A DNA stretch of 63,982 nt, the filler included, from Basidiobolus ranarum (taxonomy: Eukaryota): the NCBI GenBank assembly GCA_040143965.1. It is 3 parts of 3 records of this genome, joined end to end, with 100 filler letters (N's around TTAATTAATTAA, not from the genome) between each part and the next. Parts side by side here need not be neighbours in the genome. Positions count along the whole stretch, not along the records: positions 22,928 to 45,676 come from JASJQH010000179.1; positions 45,777 to 63,982 come from JASJQH010000281.1; 1 more part is not named here. The stretch is one strand, 5' to 3'. The position numbers and the translations under genes are program-made. Under the pieces are notes generated by a model. It saw only the letters and a program-made list of their open reading frames with translations. It did no database searches and was not told where the DNA came from. Below, piece after piece: positions 41,117 to 51,633 of the stretch. Each line of letters opens with the position of its first letter. Positions within the stretch are counted from its first letter, which is position 1.

Positions 41117-43117
41117 TTACTCATTAAATTTTAACCGGATCTGGTTTGTCTCGCCACTAGAGTTTTCTGCTTTGACTAATATCTCTGAAGAGAATATCAT
41201 GGTGTATTTGATCCTAGAATATAGCTAGTTTAACAATGAGTATAGAGGTATTGCTTTCATTATAGTTACCTATCATTACTTCCCTTGCAGGGTAATGTGA
41301 AAGATCCTATCTGTTTGACCTGAAAGTCAGTGGTAAATTTTACTTCACGCCTTGCCACTTTGAATATTTGAAAACCAACTGTGGTATTATCATCATCCAA
41401 AGCATAATATTCCCGGGAAACTTCCTCACCTACCGCCATCTCCTCTCCCATGATTGCAAGTCGATCAAAGATATCATTGCAGTGCTTAGTTCCTCTCTTT
41501 GTTGTTATGGCTTTTGATTCTGGGTGTATACTTTCATCGAAAACGTGAGCCACTCGTTCTCCGTAGGTAAAGCGCAATTTACGAGATGTTACTAGCGCAG
41601 GGTTAGCTCCAAATAAGACAGCACCTTTCATTATAGCATCTCCAGGTAAATTTGGGATGATAACATCGACAGACCGGAAAGATTCGATGAATTTAGTCTG
41701 AAGTGGTCGGCAGTTGGCGAAATTTCCTACTAAAACAATTTTGCTAGATAACAAGTGAGTAAAAATATGAGGTATAGTCATCTATACCAGTAGATACCTT
41801 ATTCCGGGGTTTCGACCTAATATTCCCTTGACGTGAGCTACTGTCGAATTAATGGTTGGCTCCATGCATGTCTTGTAAAAGTAAGTTGCAGGAATTAAAA
41901 AATTGGAACCCAACAGCTGGAAGTCGGCATTTTCATTACTAGAGTAGAGGGATACTGCTTCTTCAACAGAAAGTTCATCATCAGGTGTTTGTGATGCTAA
42001 TGATTCGGGAAGTACCAGAACAATATCAGTATCGATATCAAATGATATTTTGACTGATTCGATATCCTCAAGTAGCTTTGTATATCCCATCGAATCCTGA
42101 AGCATGCGCTTATAGCGCTGCTGTCCAAATATCCTTTCTAAAAGAGCTAGCACTCGTCTATCAATAGCTGTTGATCCCCAGTCTCCTCCAGTTGCAGGTA
42201 TTGCTATTGAGTATCGGGTTAGTCTTGGTAAAAGGTTGGATTACTTCTTGATTCCTGTTAATACCTTCTTTGACCTTTCGCTGCGAAGAATCCACTGCAT
42301 GGACAGTGACGTCAATAGTTCCGCCTCCACAATCACAAACCATATAGGTAGAACCTACGTCTACACGTAGGTCATTAGATTGTAAAACCCACAAGGACGC
42401 AGCCTCCGGTTCAAGAGCCAATTGTAGTGCTACACCCCTCAAACCTGCTAATTCTGCAGCTTCTTTCATCACTTGCTTTGCAGCATCACTCCATATAGCT
42501 GGGACTGTTAAAATCCATTTGATATCACTTTCATCCATGTGCCCACTGGATTTGGTGATTTGGTCCATCAATGCTGAAATTGATTTTCGAATTAATTTTC
42601 AAACATCATACATCAATGACAATTACTTAAAAACTTACACTTTTTGATGTATTTTAAACTTTCGGAAAATACTATAGTCGCCGAAACTTGGTCACCATTT
42701 TTAGCTTTTATTTTCAAACCTGCATTCACCGAGTCTGTGTAGAGATTCATTTTAAAATACTCAAAATATCTCCCTTTATTTTGAAATGCCATAGCTCGAT
42801 ATTTTGTTTGCGCCGCTTTTCCAAACGCTATAAATTTGTTGTTCTCATCCAAGAGTAATGCCGTCTTGGTTTTCCCGGGTCTTCCATCAGCCCAAGGACT
42901 GTTAGTATAAACGGAGCCTCGTGCATCGCTTATTCCATCCCAACCTGGAAATGCAAACGCATATCTATTCATATGTTAGTTTACAAGGCCTTTTGCTCAA
43001 TATTAGGTTGAAGACTCACCCGGTACCAGATGTTCCGAAATCAATGGCAGCTACGCATTTTGCAGTTGTTGGGCCTGTGTATTCCCTGAATATATCTGGA
43101 GTTGGACCTTGAAGCAT
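41117..43117 (-). CDS. HSPA12-like atypical Hsp70, copy D
   Basis: MLQGPTPDIFREYTGPTTAKCVAAIDFGTSGTG|YAFAF, VPAIWS, EPEAAS, DCGGGTID, LVGNFAN, RKLRFTYG, ends FNE*. Confidence 0.92.
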
Positions 43118-43976
43118 AATACAGATTATTTTAGATACAGTAACTTGCCAAGGCTGATATTTAAATAGTTAACACCACTTAATGAAATTGCACGGAGTTA
43201 AACAATTGCGTTCATAATATAGAAATCACCACGGTAATAACACTACGATATGAGGTAGTTTCCTTTGGCCGTACAAATGGTGTACGTTGCCCCAAATAAT
43301 AAATATCTTTGTATCACAGTATATGGCGAACTGAACTAGCAGTATTCGTGAGTTCTTGATCGATAATTCACCGGATGTACATCATTTGGGTTGTGCCTGT
43401 GTGAGATGATACAAAGCATTAACTGTTTAAAAAACATTCTAGCCCATTGTTTTCTAAATACTTCCCACCGTTGAAGTACCTTCTTTATTATAAGCATATG
43501 AATTATAATTCGACAATAGATTTTGTCATCTTGAATGAGATTATGCCCCTAATTGAATATAGAATATTCTTGGGCTAATAAAAGAGTCTTGCTAATTTCT
43601 TGTAATATTCAGGTATTTCTAATTTGGAAACATCAGCGATAGAATTAAAATATCCTCCACAAGTACTATTCTTAGTCACATGAGGCAATGGGACACCAGG
43701 ATTGAGAAATTAATGTACCAACAGATCATGACCACAATATAAGAAGGACGCTGTTTCCAACCTACCAGATCAGAGTTCACACACCAATGGCTACACCTAA
43801 CGATTTACTGCCAAATAATGGCATGCAATTAGACGTGAGTAGAGGAGATCAATCCATTGAAGGCAAGAAAGACAATAATGGCACTTCGGTAATATAGTCA
43901 TCTGATTTTTCATATATAGCATGTATTAAATCGTTCTTCTGAATTTTAGACTTTAGACTATCTACATCAAGTAATT

Positions 43977-44981
43977 ATGGGGAAGCCACAGACGAACTAT
44001 AAAAATCACCATGAAAGCAATGAAGGCAATCAAAACTTGATAAGAGAACTTGAACGAATGCAATCACGAATTACTAGTTTGGAGAGGAGCAATGCTAACA
44101 TTGAAGAAAAACTACTATACATTGGCTTAGAGTCCCATGCTGCTAAAGGGTTTAAAAATCACAACGAAGACAAACAAAGAATCAAATTTCTGGAGAAGGA
44201 ATGCGCAAACTTGTGCAAGCAAAACTCATCTTTGAAAGATTATGAAAAGAAGTACAACAATCTCAAAACTCAGATTCAGGAATTTCAAAAAAATTACGAT
44301 GGTCTACTAGCCGCTTGTGACATGCAAGCTAAACAATTGGAGCGTGAGAAAAATGAAAATGCTAATTTACGAAGCCAACTTGTAACTGCTGATGGACAAG
44401 TGAAGGAAGTCACCATAGAGAGCATTTTTGGGTCCCTAAAAGCTTTTGAAAGTAAGGTCACCCCAGTCCTATTTAAGATCGGAAAGACTCCAAATATCTG
44501 TCATGATCTTGATGCGTTCTCCAAAGCCATGCAACAACTATTCAATACAACTTCCGCCTTTGCGGCTAGCCATGTTGAAGACACCATGGCTAAGTTAGGC
44601 CACCTTCGCGATGATAAGTCGCAACTGTGCGTTCGTAATCGAGTTTATGTTCGAACAATTATTATCGCTAATCTTGAAAATTCCGGTTTAATGCAACAGA
44701 TGTGTGATGAGGTTCTTAAAGGACTGGCTGAAGAATACCACACCAATAGCTTATTTTCTCATATTCTAATGCATCTGCCTAATTTAGTAAATGCAGCATT
44801 GCTTCTTGCTCTAGTAGAGCCACAGGTTGCTACATCATTCAAGTTGAGAGGAGACTCTATTGCCATGCTGAAGGATTTCGCTGGAAGCAAAAGGCCAATT
44901 CCAATTCTTCCTGCCATCGATCAGGTTGGGATTAACGGCGATTTTCAGCCGACCAAGATGGTTATGCGGTATATTAACTAG
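43977..44981 (+). CDS. Uncharacterised intronless coiled-coil protein CC2, paralog of 38997-40061
   Basis: 334-aa ORF with a heptad-rich N-terminal half; C-terminal half aligns with CC1 (SQLVTAxGQ, RNxxYVxxIIIANxENS, LLLxLVEPxV, PxLPAIxQ, QPTKM). Confidence 0.85.
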   Translation: MGKPQTNYKNHHESNEGNQNLIRELERMQSRITSLERSNANIEEKLLYIGLESHAAKGFKNHNEDKQRIKFLEKECANLCKQNSSLKDYEKKYNNLKTQIQEFQKNYDGLLAACDMQAKQLEREKNENANLRSQLVTADGQVKEVTIESIFGSLKAFESKVTPVLFKIGKTPNICHDLDAFSKAMQQLFNTTSAFAASHVEDTMAKLGHLRDDKSQLCVRNRVYVRTIIIANLENSGLMQQMCDEVLKGLAEEYHTNSLFSHILMHLPNLVNAALLLALVEPQVATSFKLRGDSIAMLKDFAGSKRPIPILPAIDQVGINGDFQPTKMVMRYIN

Positions 44982-45356
44982 TATCTCAGGCTCATTCAAT
45001 TTCAATGAATAAAATAGGGCATCTTTGATCCTTGTATAGTGTAAACCCATTTAGCCGCCTTGAATTTCAAATATACCAAGTCAAATGTTCTGAATACAAA
45101 GCTAAGACGAGTCGATGCGACTCTACAGGCTTTACAACTGATGATATATGTGCCATTCTTCTAGCAGTTAAGTTACTCAGATATATACTATTGAAAAGTT
45201 GAAGTGTGTATAAACATGCCAGTCATAGTGAGATCAATGAATTGAATATATATTATGATCACATGAGTAGTTTATTGATCGAATTTTATAAATGTCGTGA
45301 TATTTGCAATGAAATATTTTATTATAGTTAATATGAAAACTCGCAAATCAATTAAA

Positions 45357-45676
45357 TCAATCACTAAAGCTGATTCGTATTTCCTTTGTCTCTCCTTGAG
45401 AGTTCACAGCTTTGGCTAATATTTCCGAGGAAAATAGCATACTAAATTTTACGCTATATAATATATTAGTTCCAGGATCTATGCTGATATTTCGAAAATT
45501 GATTACCTATCATCTGGGCCACACCAAACTATGTCGAAAGTGCCGACTTTTTGAACTCTAAAATCAGTTGTGTACATTATTTGGGGCCTGGGTGCCTTGA
45601 AGATTTCAAACGTAATTGACTTTTGCTCCAACTCAATGGCAAAATATTCTCTAGTTATTACTTCGTTAGGTTCCAA
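45357..45676 (-). CDS. HSPA12-like Hsp70 copy E, 3' end only (truncated by gap)
   Basis: EVITREYFAIELEQKSITFEIFKAPR...TTDFRVQKVGTF|...KFSMLFSSEILAKAVNSQGETKEIRISFSD*, with the same last intron as copies B-D. Confidence 0.85.
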
Positions 45677-45776
45677 NNNNNNNNNNNNNNNNNNNNNNNN
45701 NNNNNNNNNNNNNNNNNNNNTTAATTAATTAANNNNNNNNNNNNNNNNNNNNNNNNNNNNNNNNNNNNNNNNNNNN
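45677..45776. other. Artificial contig/scaffold spacer
   Basis: 44 N + TTAATTAATTAA + 44 N. Confidence 0.97.
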
Positions 45777-48700
45777 TCCATATCCATTTACGCCATTTTT
45801 ACTTGAATCCTGCTACTTTATCCTGTTTAGATTCCCTGGGGCCACCCCCGCCCCTCTACTATGCTGATTCTGGATTATTTGAACTCGCATGTTTTATATG
45901 TATATTCACGAATCCTCAGAACGCACGTTTGGAAGCATACTGTAACAGTATGTGATTTGTAGAGTCTGCTACAATGGCAACTGCTGACATCTGGTGTTTG
46001 ATAAGGAACGGCGTAAAGTTAATTCTAGTGACTTGGAAGAGTGTGACTACATGGACGTATATTGAAATTCTCAATGGGCAAAGCAATGTAGCCAAGTATT
46101 AGTAAACAAACCATTAGATTTCAGCTCTTTCCAAGCAACATAATAAGGGAAAACTAACAAAAGAGAAATGTCAATGTGATGATTCATATATTATGATACA
46201 TTCGGAACATTGATGTATATCAACCATTCTTGAAATCATGAAAATACTTCTCACAAGACTATGAACATAAAATGAATGCAATATTCACCTGTCTTCATAC
46301 TTTTGAAATGTTAGACAAGTTTATGGAATGCAAAACTGAATCCTCAAATGTTTGCTCATTATCTCCTCTTTCTATTGAAAATAGTGGCTTGTGGATTGTC
46401 CAGCTCTACCTCGATCGAAATCATGACAGAAAGTTTGTAATGAGTATTCAACATTTCTCTCTCAAGGAAACTAAGATGGTCTATGTAGACTAATGAGTTA
46501 TGAATTACCAAAATATAGTCTCACAATAATAAGTAACTACATTACGTAGCTCAGTGCTCACAAGTCAGCAACTGCTAAACTGAGGGCTTCCAGTGGAAAT
46601 AGTAGAGTTGATGTCAGATATATCTCAAGAAGGTTGGAACATGGTCTAAAACTTCCCGATTGTTACGAGCCTTATTAGCCCCTTAGAATTACAAGTTGGG
46701 TTTTTTTTACTTGAAATATATGTGTATAAGTGTTTTTTTCATTTCCAATAAAAGTATAAATACTGTGTCAAGGAAATCAGTAAATGAGAGTTGAATATAT
46801 CTTCCAGTATATGTTGGTGTTCAAATTTAGGCTTCACCAATAGACAATGTACTCGTGGGTATTCAGAGCACCTTTAGCCTTCCAAACATTATGAGGGCTA
46901 TCTATAGAACTAATATTCCATCAGATTGGGTTATTTTCACATTTTGATTTCAATGATCTTGCTTACTTCATGCTCATTTGGATTATGAACATCTGCGGAG
47001 ATTGAGGATTCAATCTCCACATTATCCAGTTTTGGATCTCTGAACCTCATCTAGTCCAACTGAATCCTACACCTAGACCCCGCCTAGCACACTAACACGT
47101 TCTCTGCAATTGTGATGTTTTTAGTCTATAGTAGTGAAAGTAGGTCATAGTGGGCCCAAGTCTACTATCAAATCAAACACCTGCCTAGAAAGCAATCACA
47201 GGCTGTGGAATAGAGAGAATCCACTCAGATGCAACAACAACAAAACTGCAGCTTCAAATTACTCGATCTTAATATGACTCACAGTGGTATTCGAAGGAAT
47301 GGTACCTCCAGTCAAGTGACTCGGTTAAATGATTTCACAGGGACCTGTCGAAGCATATGAACCTTCCCTTATTAGTTGTTGTGTATTGCAACCAGGGATC
47401 GTATCGAGAGTGGATTCATTGTGTCAGCAAAATGAGCGCATTGTAAAACTAGATCTCGCATACTTACACAAATGAGGCAGGAAACCTCTTTTGAAACTGG
47501 TAAATCAGTGTCTCACAGGTTTCATAGTAAATCAGCCCAAATCTAATTTATTTGACATCCGGTCTATACTCGTTCACCATGGTTCCTCATCCATGAAGGC
47601 CTCGAGAGAGCGTCAAAAGTAGACAGAGAGGGCGATGTTTCCACTGTATAAACCCATTTCAAATGCCTCCCTCTCGATGCCGTTGAAATACTGCCTACCT
47701 GACTTCACCACGCAATCTAAATTCCACTATATTTGGGCTACACATCATCAATCGAGATAGTCCTGTATTCAGGGTGAGAAATAGTTTAATCTAAAAGAGG
47801 AGAACGACTAGAACTATCATAGAACTGAGCTGAAATCCAGACGAAACACACAAATGGCTGATCATTCAATTGAGAGACGACGTAACGAATCTGATAGGAC
47901 GGTTTGATATGATTTTATGGATCACGACCACTCAAACCCGTCTAAAGAAATCATTGGTGGAGACAAGAAGTAGCTTGATAGATTTTAGCTTAATTAGATC
48001 GACCAAATACGATATATGTACCACTTCTTAGCCAATGATGATAGCTCAAAGTATTCAGATGTGAGGACACCCTAGCAATCGTGTACTAAAGTGCCCGACT
48101 TGGACAGACCTGCAAATTCATATTGTGTGCATGGGACCTTTTGTCTGTTTTGGAAAATACACTGTTATCTTATCAACCACTATTGTAGCTATGAGATGTA
48201 GGCGAAATGTCATCGCGAATGGATATCAAAGAGTCTGAAAGATTAAGTGTGAACACATCACATGAATGTGCCATTTGTGTGAGCAGTATCACGCTCTGCG
48301 GCAAATATGCCTGTCCTGTTCTCCCGACCGCTTTCAATCTATACTGAAAGGGAAAGTCCCACCTGGGTGAGCCATTACTCTGGACCTTAGCAGGATGCAG
48401 GGATAGCTAGAGCCCAACTTGGAGTTTTGGCCATGGTAGCCAAACGGAGAATGGTCATTTCAAGCCTTTGCATCCTGTCATTTTCTCGATGGATCTATGA
48501 AGAAACGGCGAACTTTGCTGAGCCCCTCTATAGATGATTTTCATAAGTATGAGGCCTATTCTATTCTATATAACAACCAAAAGAGGATCTACCCCATCCT
48601 CTCTTAAACGGAAGGAGTCTGGATCCTGGAATGCTGGACTTCTATGTAGAAAAATTCATTTTAAAATGAATCTGTTGTGATTGTAATCCATTCGTGCACA

Positions 48701-49200
48701 TTAATTCCATGATTCATAGGCCATATGGAGATGTGGAGTCAGTGAAAATTTCGGCCCCCTCACTCTCAAGCGCTGACATGTTGATTTGCTCAAGCTAAAC
48801 ATAGATAAGCTACTCACAAGCTAGCCACTAATGATCCTTAGCTCAGATTTAATAGGGTCTCAATAGAGTAAAATGGATGTTCAGTAGAATGTACAACGAT
48901 TGTATGTTTACATAAAAATTTCAAGGGCGTGCCAACTTTTGGAAACAAAATAAGCGGCAATGAGGGGAAGTGGACTGCCATCCAATGAAAATCTCCCCTG
49001 TCAAATCAAAATTAGAAAGATGAATGTACATGAAATAACTGATAAGGTTGCTACCAAATAGATCGATAGAAATGAAAATTATGACATAATTAAGGGCATT
49101 ATTTAAGATACGAGGTGAAAGGGTATCATGATGTGTCGGCAGTGATTGGTTGAGCGAGCAGAGCCAGGAGGCAGGCAAAATAGCAGCCAGGGCTTCAATC

Positions 49201-51633
49201 TTACTTGGGAGGGCAGTTTCGATAAGTCGATCCGTGTTGTTGCTGAACAATAACTTCGGTAATCAATTCATCTATGTTTTTCTCCGATGCTAGGGTGCCG
49301 ACTGGTGGAAAAGAGCTGTAGCTAGACTGTGCGTTAGCCATGGTGTGTGTGCTACTTGGTGGGCTCTCCTGCTGAGTTTGTGAATAAACAGGGTGTGCTT
49401 GAACTGATGGTACAAATGGTGGTGCTAGAAAGGGATTGGAGATGTTTGTTAAGGTTTTTACTGGACTTTCTATGCCTATTTTGGAGAACTCGATTGGGGT
49501 AACATCTTCCTTTAGCAGTCTCAAGGTCTCCAGAAGAAAGTTGCAATAGTTACCACAATTCTTCCAGAACGAATTGAGGTGTCTCAATATTTTCACCAAG
49601 AAGGTAAGACAGAGGAATGATCTCTGAGATTGCTCTAAATTTTTGGATTTGGCTCCGTGCAAATAAAACGTAGCTGCACTAAACACCGAGAATCCGAAAA
49701 ATGGATGAATCTGAATGACTGGCTTATCTTTGATCTCTTGAACAACAGATAGAATACACTTGGCTGCAACGAATGCGTTTCTCAGAGATTGCGTGAAAAA
49801 TGGTGATTTGACGTCGTAAGACCATTCTTGGCCTGGTATACGCAGTCTAGTGAAATTGAGCTTGATAATGATGGCCTGTTTCATCGAGTACATAAAAGAG
49901 TTAAACAAGTAGGAGTCGTTCTTGCTGCCATCTTGCGTAGGCACATGCCGTAGATTTGGAGGTAAGATTACTTCCCAGTTATGAATTGCTTCATTCAGCT
50001 TCACAAATTCTTTGTGCCTTTCATCTGCGGCCAAGAAATGTCTTTCAACATAAAACTTGTTCACTCTTCCAACGATGATTGAGAGAACAGCCAAAGCCGA
50101 GAAAGATGTGAACTGTGATCCGTCTTCTACATTAAATGATGGGAGGCCGTCGCTCAACTTCAGGACTTGGTTCAGTGTGGGAGTTCCATTCTCCCAATTT
50201 GAACATTCAACGGGCAACGAAACAGTACAATCTGCAACATTGATGCCTACAGGGTGTTTACCCTCAGCTGAAAGGATCTGATCTAGTATACAGCAGTACC
50301 ACCAGACTCTCCTCTGTGTCTCCAACTCAATCCACCTCGGAATGCTAGATTTCTCCAATGGTTCAGGGAATTCGTCCATCCTATGTATCTTCATGATTTG
50401 GCTCAATCTAAAAAGGATTGAAAGATTATATATTTAGCTATGAAATCATATTTAAAAACGTTTAGAGAGAATATTGCCAAGAGACTGACCTAGTAGCTAT
50501 GCCTACAGAATAGATTGTAATTTAATCTCTCTACTTACATAACAAGTATTATAGAGTATCAAATAGATGCACTTACCAATATAAACGCAGGATCGGTTCT
50601 GCCGGCCATAAGAGATTTCGTACATGCTCATTAATAGTAACGCTTGAATTACTTCCACGGAAGTATTCTCACAGCAAGAAAAAATCTTGTCCTCAAACCT
50701 CTTCGAGTAAATTGAGTCGGAAGGATCTTCACAGGTTTGAGGTTGGTATCGTGAGGCAAGTGCGCAAATGCTATCCATTAAAGTACTCTCGACTTTTCCT
50801 TCGTGGTACCTTCTCATGAAGGTAGCTTGGTGTACAATTGGAATATGTATATGGATATAATCAAAGAAAGTTGCAACAAGACGGCTTTCAGGGTCAAACT
50901 TTCTAAGAGTTTCCTCCGACTCGGGTGTGACTGAAGACTCGCTATGTGAGTGGAAATAGATAGAATCTTGAAATTCTTTCTGACTACGCAGTGATGGAAG
51001 CTGATTCTCCTCAGGATGTGAGGTTCGTAATGAGGAGTTGTGATTCTGTGGGATAAGAATATTCTTGGTTTCCAATTCTACGTCGGGAGTGATTGAAGGC
51101 TTATTAGGTGAACATAAATAAGAAGTTTGTTGAAATGTTTTCGGTGTGCGGAGAGGGGATAATTCATTCACCTCTGAAGGTGGGCTTAATAGCGAAAAAT
51201 TATGATCCTGTGCACTGAGTTCTGATTTCGAATCTACTTTAACATCAACCTCTGGGGTTTTCCCCAAACGCTCGGACCTGCCCTGTGAACTTTGTGAAGG
51301 TTGTTCCTCATGTAAAATGGCCTCCATTTCGTTCCCCTCGCCTGCTGCCATAGAGGAAGTCACCTCGATAATCTTACCACCGTCCATTTTTAACACCGTT
51401 TGCTGAAAATTTCCGGACACACCAGAAAGAAAGCCAAATGCGTCCATTAAGTTTTGACGTGGACCTCTTCGTTTGTTTCTAGTTAAAAATGTGCAAGGAG
51501 TATTCAAACGATAACAAGTGCTGCATGAGGGCTTTGTAGCATCACAACGGACTTTCATTTTGCGACAACAATCGCAAGCTTGAGTAAGTCGTTTTCGCTT
51601 TAAAGAGGAGTATTCATAGTTATCAGTATCCAT
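49201..51633 (-). CDS. Zn(II)2Cys6 fungal transcription factor with Fungal_trans middle domain
   Basis: ACDCCRKMKVRCDATKPSCSTCYRLNTPC, FFDYIHIHIPIVHQATF, ETQRRVWWYCCILD; a 13-nt micro-exon at 50490-50502 joins the two ORFs. Confidence 0.93.

Noticed and set aside
27203-45676. Hsp70 array as allelic or assembly duplication
   Set aside because: Copies differ extensively in protein, intron and flanking sequence, so they are old paralogs.
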